From NCBI RefSeq assembly GCF_009914755.1, contig NC_060929.1: 64,000 nt of DNA; one strand, written 5' to 3'. Source of the stretch: the human T2T-CHM13v2.0 reference genome, Homo sapiens. The notes beneath the pieces were generated by a model. That model had not been told where the DNA came from, ran no database searches, and worked only from the letters and a program-made list of their open reading frames with translations. The translations under genes and the position numbers were made by a program. This document shows positions 24,901-36,368 of the stretch, piece after piece. Positions within the stretch are counted from its first letter, which is position 1, and every line of letters begins with the position of its first letter.

Positions 24901-27900
24901 AACTACTTTCTGATGTGTGTGTTCAACTCTCGGAGGTTAAACTTTCTTTTCATAGAGCAGTTTGGAAACAGTGTGTTTGTAAAGTCTGCAAGTGGATATT
25001 CGGACCTCTTTGGCGCCTTATTTTGAAACGGGTTTTCTCCATATAATGCTAGACAGAAGAATTCTCAATAACTTGTTTGTGTTGTGTGTGTTCAACTCAC
25101 AGAGTTGAACCTTCCTTTAGACAGAGCAGATTTGAAACACTCTTTTTGTGGAATTTGCAAGTGGAGATTTCAAGCGCTTTGAGGCCAAAGGCAGAAAAGG
25201 AAATATCTTCGTATAAAAACTAGATAGATCATTCTCAGAAACTGGTTTGTGATGTGTGCGTTCAACTCACAGAGTTTCACTTATCTTTTCGTACAGCAGT
25301 TTGGAAACACTCAGTTTGTAATGTCTGCAAGTGGATATTTTGACCTCTTTGAGGTCTTCATTGGAAACGGGTTTTATTCATGTAAGGCTAGACAGAAGAA
25401 TTCTCAGTAACTTCTTTGTATTGTGTGTATTCCACTGACAGAGTTGACCCTTCCTTTAGACAGAGCACATTTGAACCACTCTTTTTGTGGAATTTGCAAG
25501 TGGAGATTTCAGACGCATTGAGGTCAATGGTAGAAAAGGAAATATCTTCGTATAAAAACTAGACAGAATGATTCTCAGAACCTGCTTCGTGATGTGTGTG
25601 TTCAGTTCAAAGAGTTTTACCTTTCTTTTCATAGAGCAGTTAGGAAACACTCTGTTTGAACAGTCTGAAAGTGGATATTCCGATCTCTTTGAGGCCTTCG
25701 TTGGAAAAGGGATTTCTTCATATAATGCTAGACAGAGGAATTCTCAGTAACTTCTCTGTGTTGTGTGTATTCAAATCACAGAGTTGAACGTTCCTTTAGA
25801 CAGAGCAGACTTGAAACACTCTTTTTGTGGAATTTGCAATAGGAAATTTCAAGCGCTTTGAGGCCAAAGGCAGAAGAGGAAATATCTTCGTATAAAAACA
25901 AGTCAGAATCATTCTCAGAAACTGCTTAATCATGTGTGCGTTCAACTCACGGAGTTTAACCTACCTTTTCATACAGCAGTTTGGAAACACTCTGTTTGTA
26001 AAGTCTGCACGTGGATATTTGGACATCTTTGAGGCCTTCGTTGGAAACGGGTTTTATTCATGTAAGGCTAGACAGAAGATTTCTCAGTAACTTCTTTGTG
26101 TTGTGTGTATTCAACTGACAGAGTTGACCCTTCTTTTAGGTAGAGCAGATTTGAGACACTCTTTTTGTGGAATTTGCAAGTGGAGATTTCAGACGCTTTG
26201 AGGTCAATGGTAGAAAAGGACATTTCTTCGTATAAAAACTTGACAGAATGATTCTCAGAAACTGCTTTGTGATGTATGCGTTCAAGTCAAAGAGTTCTAC
26301 CTTTCTTTTCATAGAGCACTTAGGAAACACTCTGTTTGTAAAGACTGCAAGTGGATATTCGGACCTCTATGAGGCCTTCTTTGGAAAAGGGATTTCTTCA
26401 TATAATGCTAGACAGAGGAATTCTTCGTAACTTCTTTGTATTGTGTGTATTCAACTCACAGAGTTGAACCTTCTTTTAGATAGAGCAGATTTGAAACACA
26501 CTTTTTGTGGAATTTCCAATTGGAGATTTCAAGCGCTTCGGGGCCAATGGTAGAAAAGGAAAAATCTTCACATAAAAACTAGACAAACTCATTCCCAGAA
26601 ACTGTGTAGTGATGTGTATGTTTAACTCACAGAGTTTATCCTTTCTTTTCATAGAGCAGTTGGGAAACACTCTGTTTGAAAAGTCTGCATGTGGATATTT
26701 GGACCGCCATGAGGCGTTCTTTGGAAATGGTATTTCTTCATTTAAGGCTACACAGAAGAATTCTCAGTAACTTCCTTGTGTTGTGTGTATTCAGCTCACA
26801 GAGTTGAACCTTCTTTTAGATAGAGCAGATTTGAAAGTCACTTTTTGGGGAATTTGCAAGTGGGGATTTCAAGCGCTTTGAGGCCAACGGTAGAAAAGGA
26901 AATATCTTCGAATAAAAAGTAGACAGAATCATTCCCAGAAACTGCGTTTTGATGTGTGCGTTCACCTAACAGAGTTTAACCTTCCTTTTCATAGTGCAGT
27001 TGGGAAACGCTATGTTTGTAAAGTCTGCAAGTGGATATTGGGAACTCTTTGAGGCCTTCATTGGGAATGGGGTTTCTTCATATAATGCTAGACAGAAGAT
27101 TTCCCAGTAACTTCTTCCTGTTGTGTGTATTCAACTGACAAGAGATGAACCTTCCTTTAGAGAGAGCAGATTTGAAACACTCTTTTTGTGGAATTTGCAA
27201 GTGGAGATTTCAGCCGCTTTAACGTCAATGGTAGAAAAGGAAATATCTTCGCATAAAAACAAGACAGAATCATTTTCAGAAACTGCTTTGTGATGTGTGC
27301 ATTCAACTCACAGAGATTAACCTTTGTTTTCCTAGAGCCGTTTGGAAACACACAGTTTGTCAAATCTGTAAGTCGATATTCGGACCTATTTGAGGCCTTC
27401 GTTGGAAACGGGATTTCTTCATATAATGCTAGAAAGAAGAATTCTCAGTAACTTCCTTGTGTTGTGTGTAATCAACTCAAATAGAACGTTCCTTTAGATA
27501 GAGCAGATTTGAAACACTCTTTTTGTGGAAGTTGCACGTGGAGATTTCAAGCGCTTTGTGGCCAGTGGTAGAAAATGAAATATCTTCGTATAAAAAGTAC
27601 ACAGAATCATTCTCAGAAACTACTTTCTGATGTGTGCGTTCAACTCTCGGAGGTTAAACTTTCTTTTCATAGAGCAGTTTGGAAACAGTGTGTTTGTAAA
27701 GTCTGCAAGTGGATATTCGGACCTCTTTGGCGCCTTATTTTGAAACGGGGTTTCTCCATATAATGCTAGACAGAAGAATTCTCAGTAACTTGTTTGTGTT
27801 GTGTGTGTTCAACTCACAGAGTTGAACCTTCCTTTAGACAGAGCAGATTTGAAACACTCTTTTTGTGGAATTTGCAAGTGGAGATTTCAAGCGCTTTGAG

Positions 27901-28072
27901 GCCAAAGGCAGAAAAGGAAATATCTTCGTATAGAAACTAGATAGATCATTCTCAGAAACTGCTTTGTGATGTGTGCGTTCAACTCACAGAGTTTCACTTA
28001 TCTTTTCGTACAGCAGTTTGGAAACACTCTGTTTGTAATGTCTGCAAGTGGATATTTTGACCTCTTTGAGGT

Positions 28073-28089
28073 CTTCGTTGGAAACGGGT
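28073..28089 (+). promoter_or_regulatory. CENP-B box, HOR dimer 7 (polymorphic between copies)
   Basis: CTTCGTTGGAAACGGGT here. It is broken as CTTCATTGG at ~22635 and ~25356, and as GGAAATGGG at ~49490 and ~52210. Confidence 0.85.
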
Positions 28090-31000
28090 TTTATTCATGT
28101 AAGGCTAGACAGAAGAATTCTCAGTAACTTCTTTGTATTGTGTGTATTCCACTGACAGAGTTGACCCTTCCTTTAGACAGAGCACATTTGAACCACTCTT
28201 TTTGTGGAATTTGCAAGTGGAGATTTAAGACGCATTGAGGTCAACGGTAGAAAAGGAAATATCTTCGTATAAAAACTAGACAGAATGATTCTCAGAACCT
28301 GCTTCGTGATGTGTGTGTTCAGTTCAAAGAGTTTTACCTTTCTTTTCATAGAGCAGTTAGGAAACACTCTGTTTGAACAGTCTGAAAGTGGATATTCCGA
28401 TCTCTTTGAGGCCTTCGTTGGAAAAGGGATTTCTTCATATAATGCTAGACAGAGGAATTCTCAGTAACTTCTCTGTGTTGTGTGTATTCAAATCACAGAG
28501 GCGAACGTTCCTTTAGACAGAGCAGACTTGAAACACTCTTTTTGTGGAATTTGCATTTGGAAATTTCAAGCGCTTTTAGGCCAAAGGCAGAAGAGGAAAT
28601 ATCTTCGTATAAAAACAAGTCAGAATCATTCTCAGAAACTGCTTAATCATGTGTGCGTTCAACTCACGGAGTTTACCCTACCTTTTCATACAGCAGTTTG
28701 GAAACACTCTGTTTGTAAAGTCTGCACGTGGATATTTGGACATCTTTGAGGCCTTCGTTGGAAACGGGTTTTATTCATGTAAGGCTAGACAGAAGATTTC
28801 TCAGTAACTTCTTTGTGTTGTGTGTATTCAACTGACAGAGTTGACCCTTCTTTTAGGTAGAGCAGATTTGAACCACTCTTTATGTGGAATTTGCAAGTGG
28901 AGATTTCAGACGCTTTGAGGTCAATGGTAGAAAAGGAAATTTCTTCGTATAAAAACTTGACAGAATGATTCTCAGAAACTGCTTCGTGATGTATGCATTC
29001 AATTCAAAGAGTTCTACCTTTCTTTTCATAGAGCACTTAGGAAACACTCTGTTTGTAAAGACTGCAAGTGGATATTCGGACCTCTATGAGGCCTTCTTTG
29101 GAAAAGGGATTTCTTCATATAATGCTAGACAGAGGAATTCTTCGTAACTTCTTTGTATTGTGTGTATTCAACTCACAGAGTTGAACCTTCTTTTAGATAG
29201 AGCAGATATGAAACACACTTTTTGTGGAATTTCCAATTGGAGATTTCAAGCGCTTCGGGGCCAATGGTAGAAAAGGAAAAATCTTCACATAAAAACTAGA
29301 CAAACTCATTCCCAGAACCGGTGTAGTGATGTGTATGTTTAACTCACAGAGTTTATCCTTTCTTTTCATAGAGCAGTTGGGAAACACTCTGTTTGAAAAG
29401 TCTGCATGTGGATATTTGGACCGCCATGAGGCGTTCTTTGGAAATGGTATTTCTTCATTTAAGGCTACAAAGAAGAATTCTCAGTAACTTCCTTGTGTTG
29501 TGTGTATTCAGCTCACAGAGTTGAACCTTCTTTTAGATAGAGCAGATTTGAAAGTCACTTTTTGGGGAATTTGCAAGTGGGGATTTCAAGCGCTTTGAGG
29601 CCAACGGTAGAAAAGGAAATATCTTCGAATAAAAAGTAGACAAAATCATTCCCAGAAACTGCGTTTTGATGTGTGCGTTCACCTAACAGAGTTTAACCTT
29701 CCTTTTCATAGTGCAGTTGGGAAACGCTATGTTTGTAAAGTCTGCAAGTGGATATTGGGAACTCTTTGAGGCCTTCATTGGGAATGGGGTTTCTTCATAT
29801 AATGCTAGACAGAAGATTTCCCAGTAACTTCTTCCTGTTGTGTGTATTCAACTGACAAGAGATGAACCTTCCTTTAGAGAGAGCAGATTTGAAACACTCT
29901 TTTTGTGGAATTTGCAAGTGGAGATTTCAGCCGCTTTAACGTCAATGGTAGAAAAGGAAATATCTTCGCATAAAAACAAGACAGAATCATTTTCAGAAAC
30001 TGCTTTGTGATGTGTGCATTCAACTCACAGAGATTAAACTTTGTTTTCCTAGAGCCGTTTGGAAACACACAGTTTGTCAAATCTGTAAGTCGATATTCGG
30101 ACCTATTTGAGGCCTTCGTTGGAAACGGGATTTCTTCATATAATGCTAGAAAGAAGAATTCTCAGTAACTTCCTTGTGTTGTGTGTAATCAACTCAAATA
30201 GAACGTTCCTTTAGATAGAGCAGATTTGAAACACTCTTTTTGTGGAAGTTGCACGTGGAGATTTCAAGCGCTTTGTGGCCAGTGGTAGAAAATGAAATAT
30301 CTTCGTATAAAAAGTACACAGAATCATTCTCAGAAACTACTTTCTGATGTGTGCGTTCAACTCTCGGAGGTTAAACTTTCTTTTCATAGAGCAGTTTGGA
30401 AACAGTGTGTTTGTAAAGTCTGCAAGTGGATATTCGGACCTCTTTGGCGCCTTATTTTGAAACGGGGTTTCTCCATATAATGCTAGACAGAAGAATTCTC
30501 AGTAACTTGTTTGTGTTGTGTGTGTTCAACTCACAGAGTTGAACCTTCCTTTAGACAGAGCAGATTTGAAACACTCTTTTTGTGGAATTTGCAAGTGGAG
30601 ATTTCAAGCGCTTTGAGGCCAAAGGCAGAAAAGGAAATATCTTCGTATAGAAACTAGATAGATCATTCTCAGAAACTGCTTTGTGATGTGTGCGTTCAAC
30701 TCACAGAGTTTCACTTATCTTTTCGTACAGCAGTTTGGAAACACTCTGTTTGTAATGTCTGCAAGTGGATATTTTGACCTCTTTGAGGTCTTCGTTGGAA
30801 ACGGGTTTTATTCATGTAAGGCTAGACAGAAGAATTCTCAGTAACTTCTTTGTATTGTGTGTATTCCACTGACAGAGTTGACCCTTCCTTTAGACAGAGC
30901 ACATTTGAACCACTCTTTTTGTGGAATTTGCAAGTGGAGATTTAAGACGCATTGAGGTCAACGGTAGAAAAGGAAATATCTTCGTATAAAAACTAGACAG

Positions 31001-33989
31001 AATGATTCTCAGAACCTGCTTCGTGATGTGTGTGTTCAGTTCAAAGAGTTTTACCTTTCTTTTCATAGAGCAGTTAGGAAACACTCTGTTTGAACAGTCT
31101 GAAAGTGGATATTCCGATCTCTTTGAGGCCTTCGTTGGAAAAGGGATTTCTTCATATAATGCTAGACAGAGGAATTCTCAGTAACTTCTCTGTGTTGTGT
31201 GTATTCAAATCACAGAGGCGAACGTTCCTTTAGACAGAGCAGACTTGAAACACTCTTTTTGTGGAATTTGCATTTGGAAATTTCAAGCGCTTTTAGGCCA
31301 AAGGCAGAAGAGGAAATATCTTCGTATAAAAACAAGTCAGAATCATTCTCAGAAACTGCTTAATCATGTGTGCGTTCAACTCACGGAGTTTACCCTACCT
31401 TTTCATACAGCAGTTTGGAAACACTCTGTTTGTAAAGTCTGCACGTGGATATTTGGACATCTTTGAGGCCTTCGTTGGAAACGGGTTTTATTCATGTAAG
31501 GCTAGACAGAAGATTTCTCAGTAACTTCTTTGTGTTGTGTGTATTCAACTGACAGAGTTGACCCTTCTTTTAGGTAGAGCAGATTTGAACCACTCTTTAT
31601 GTGGAATTTGCAAGTGGAGATTTCAGACGCTTTGAGGTCAATGGTAGAAAAGGAAATTTCTTCGTATAAAAACTTGACAGAATGATTCTCAGAAACTGCT
31701 TCGTGATGTATGCATTCAATTCAAAGAGTTCTACCTTTCTTTTCATAGAGCACTTAGGAAACACTCTGTTTGTAAAGACTGCAAGTGGATATTCGGACCT
31801 CTATGAGGCCTTCTTTGGAAAAGGGATTTCTTCATATAATGCTAGACAGAGGAATTCTTCGTAACTTCTTTGTATTGTGTGTATTCAACTCACAGAGTTG
31901 AACCTTCTTTTAGATAGAGCAGATATGAAACACACTTTTTGTGGAATTTCCAATTGGAGATTTCAAGCGCTTCGGGGCCAATGGTAGAAAAGGAAAAATC
32001 TTCACATAAAAACTAGACAAACTCATTCCCAGAACCGGTGTAGTGATGTGTATGTTTAACTCACAGAGTTTATCCTTTCTTTTCATAGAGCAGTTGGGAA
32101 ACACTCTGTTTGAAAAGTCTGCATGTGGATATTTGGACCGCCATGAGGCGTTCTTTGGAAATGGTATTTCTTCATTTAAGGCTACAAAGAAGAATTCTCA
32201 GTAACTTCCTTGTGTTGTGTGTATTCAGCTCACAGAGTTGAACCTTCTTTTAGATAGAGCAGATTTGAAAGTCACTTTTTGGGGAATTTGCAAGTGGGGA
32301 TTTCAAGCGCTTTGAGGCCAACGGTAGAAAAGGAAATATCTTCGAATAAAAAGTAGACAAAATCATTCCCAGAAACTGCGTTTTGATGTGTGCGTTCACC
32401 TAACAGAGTTTAACCTTCCTTTTCATAGTGCAGTTGGGAAACGCTATGTTTGTAAAGTCTGCAAGTGGATATTGGGAACTCTTTGAGGCCTTCATTGGGA
32501 ATGGGGTTTCTTCATATAATGCTAGACAGAAGATTTCCCAGTAACTTCTTCCTGTTGTGTGTATTCAACTGACAAGAGATGAACCTTCCTTTAGAGAGAG
32601 CAGATTTGAAACACTCTTTTTGTGGAATTTGCAAGTGGAGATTTCAGCCGCTTTAACGTCAATGGTAGAAAAGGAAATATCTTCGCATAAAAACAAGACA
32701 GAATCATTTTCAGAAACTGCTTTGTGATGTGTGCATTCAACTCACAGAGATTAAACTTTGTTTTCCTAGAGCCGTTTGGAAACACACAGTTTGTCAAATC
32801 TGTAAGTCGATATTCGGACCTATTTGAGGCCTTCGTTGGAAACGGGATTTCTTCATATAATGCTAGAAAGAAGAATTCTCAGTAACTTCCTTGTGTTGTG
32901 TGTAATCAACTCAAATAGAACGTTCCTTTAGATAGAGCAGATTTGAAACACTCTTTTTGTGGAAGTTGCACGTGGAGATTTCAAGCGCTTTGTGGCCAGT
33001 GGTAGAAAATGAAATATCTTCGTATAAAAAGTACACAGAATCATTCTCAGAAACTACTTTCTGATGTGTGCGTTCAACTCTCGGAGGTTAAACTTTCTTT
33101 TCATAGAGCAGTTTGGAAACAGTGTGTTTGTAAAGTCTGCAAGTGGATATTCGGACCTCTTTGGCGCCTTATTTTGAAACGGGGTTTCTCCATATAATGC
33201 TAGACAGAAGAATTCTCAGTAACTTGTTTGTGTTGTGTGTGTTCAACTCACAGAGTTGAACCTTCCTTTAGACAGAGCAGATTTGAAACACTCTTTTTGT
33301 GGAATTTGCAAGTGGAGATTTCAAGCGCTTTGAGGCCAAAGGCAGAAAAGGAAATATCTTCGTATAGAAACTAGATAGATCATTCTCAGAAACTGCTTTG
33401 TGATGTGTGCGTTCAACTCACAGAGTTTCACTTTTCTTTTCGTACAGCAGTTTGGAAACACTCTGTTTGTAATGTCTGCAAGTGGATATTTTGACCTCTT
33501 TGAGGTCTTCGTTGGAAACGGGTTTTATTCATGTAAGGCTAGACAGAAGAATTCTCAGTAACTTCTTTGTATTGTGTGTATTCCACTGACAGAGTTGACC
33601 CTTCCTTTAGACAGAGCACATTTGAACCACTCTTTTTGTGGAATTTGCAAGTGGAGATTTCAGACGCATTGAGGTCAACGGTGGAAAAGGAAATATCTTT
33701 GTATAAAAACTAGACAGAATGATTCTCAGAACCTGCTTCGTGATGTGTGTGTTCAGTTCAAAGAGTTTTACCTTTCTTTTCATAGAGCAGTTAGGAAACA
33801 CTCTGTTTGAACAGTCTGAAAGTGGATATTCCGATCTCTTTGAGGCCTTCGTTGGAAAAGGGATTTCTTCATATAATGCTAGACAGAGGAATTCTCAGTA
33901 ACTTCTCTGTGTTGTGTGTATTCAAATCACAGAGTTGAACGTTCCTTTAGACAGAGCAGACTTGAAACACTCTTTTTGTGGAATTTGCA

Positions 33990-36368
33990 ATAGGAAATTT
34001 CAAGCGCTTTGAGGCCAAAGGCAGAAGAGGAAATATCTTCGTATAAAAACAAGTCAGAATCATTCTCAGAAACTGCTTTATCATGTGTGCGTTCAACTCA
34101 CGGAGTTTAACCTACCTTTTCATACAGCAGTTTGGAAACACTCTGTTTGTAAAGTCTGCACGTGGATATTTGGACATCTTTGAGGCCTTCGTTGGAAACG
34201 GGTTTTATTCATGTAAGGCTAGACAGAAGATTTCTCAGTAACTTCTTTGTGTTGTGTGTATTCAACTGACAGAGTTGACCCTTCTTTTAGGTAGAGCAGA
34301 TTTGACACACTCTTTTTGTGGAATTTGCAAGTGGAGATTTCAGACGCTTTGAGGTCAATGGTAGAAAAGGACATTTCTTCGTATAAAAACTTGACAGAAT
34401 GATTCTCAGAAACTGCTTTGTGATGTATGCGTTCAATTCAAAGAGTTCTACCTTTCTTTTCATAGAGCACTTAGGAAACACACTGCTGTAAAGACTGCAA
34501 GTGGATATTCGGACCTCTATGAGGCCTTCTTTGGAAAAGGGATTTCTTCATATAATGCTAGACAGAGGAATTCTTCGTAACTTCTTTGTATTGTGTGTAT
34601 TCAACTCACAGAGTTGAACCTTCTTTTAGATAGAGCAGATTTGAAACACACTTTTTGTGGAATTTCCAATTGGAGATTTCAAGCGCTTCGGGGCCAATGT
34701 TAGAAAAGGAAAAATCTTCACATAAAAACAAGACAAACTCATTCCTAGAAACTGTGTAGTGATGTGTATGTTTAACTCACAGAGTTTATCCTTTCTTTTC
34801 ATAGAGCAGTTGGGAAACACTCTGTTTGAAAAGTCTGCATGTGGATATTTGGACCGCCATGAGGCGTTCTTTGAAATGGTATTTCTTCATTTAAGGCTAC
34901 ACAGAAGAATTCTCAGTAACTTCCTTGTGTTGTGTGTATTCAGCTCACAGAGTTGAACCTTCTTTTAGATAGAGCAGATTTGAAAGACACTTTTTGGGGA
35001 ATTTGCAAGTGGGGATTTCAAGCGCTTTGAGGCCAACGGTAGAAAAGGAAATATCTTCGAATAAAAAGTAGACAGAATCATTCCCAGAAACTGCGTTTTG
35101 ATGTGTGCGTTCACCTAACAGAGTTTAACCTTCCTTTTCATAGAGCAGTTGGGAAACGCTATGTTTGTAAAGTCTGCAAGTGGATATTGGGAACTCTTTG
35201 AGGCCTTCATTGGGAATGGGGTTTCTTCATATAATGCTAGACAGAAGATTTCCCAGTAACTTCCTCCTGTTGTGTGTATTCAACTGACAACAGATGAACC
35301 TTCCTTTAGAGAGAGCAGATTTGAAACACTCTTTTTGTGGACGTTGCATGTGGAGATTTCAAGCGCTTTGTGGCCAGTGGTAGAAAATGAAATATCTTCG
35401 TATAAAAAGTACACAGAATCATTCTCAGAAACTACTTTCTGATGTGTGTGTTCAACTCTCGGAGTTTAAACTTTCTTTTCATAGAGCAGTTTGGAAACAG
35501 TGTGTTTGTAAAGTCTGCAAGTGGATATTCGGTCCTCTTTGGCGCCTTATTTTGAAACGGGGTTTCTCCATGTAATGCTAGACAGAAGAATTCTCAGTAA
35601 CTTGTTTGTGTTGTGTGTGTTCAACTCACAGAGTTGAACCTTCCTTTAGACAGAGCAGATTTGAAACACTCTTTTTGTGGAATTTGCAAGTGGAGATTTC
35701 AAGCGCTTTGAGGCCAAAGGCAGAAAAGGAAATATCTTCGTATAAAAACTAGATAGATCATTCTCAGAAACTGCTTTGTGATGTGTGCGTTCAACTCACA
35801 GAGTTTCACTTATCTTTTCGTACAGCAGTTTGGAAACACTCTGTTTGTAATGTCTGCAAGTGGATATTTTGACCTCTTTGAGGTCTTCGTTGGAAACGGG
35901 TTTTATTCATGTAAGGCTAGACAGAAGAATTCTCAGTAACTTCTTTGTATTGTGTGTATTCCACTGACAGAGTTGACCCTTCCTTTAGACAGAGCACATT
36001 TGAACCACTCTTTTTGTGGAATTTGCAAGTGGAGATTTAAGACGCATTGAGGTCAATGGTAGAAAAGGAAATATCTTCGTATAAAAACTAGACAGAATGA
36101 TTCTCAGAACCTGCTTCGTGATGTGTGTGTTCAGTTCAAAGAGTTTTACCTTTCTTTTCATAGAGCAGTTAGGAAACACTCTGTTTGAACAGTCTGAAAG
36201 TGGATATTCCGATCTCTTTGAGGCCTTCGTTGGAAAAGGGATTTCTTCATATAATGCTAGACAGAGGAATTCTCAGTAACTTCTCTGTGTTGTGTGTATT
36301 CAAATCACAGAGTTGAACGTTCCTTTAGACAGAGCAGACTTGAAACACTCTTTTTTGTGGAATTTGCA
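33990..36368 (+). repeat. 14-mer structural variant of the HOR (one dimer deleted, junction ~35312-35341)
   Basis: Marker spacing 33607->35985 is 2378 bp. The dimer with cagccgctttaacgtc / ggacctatttgagg / gtaatcaactc is absent, and ctgacaacagatgaacc...gagagcag runs directly into gttgcatgtgg...gtggccagtggtagaaaatg. Confidence 0.93.
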
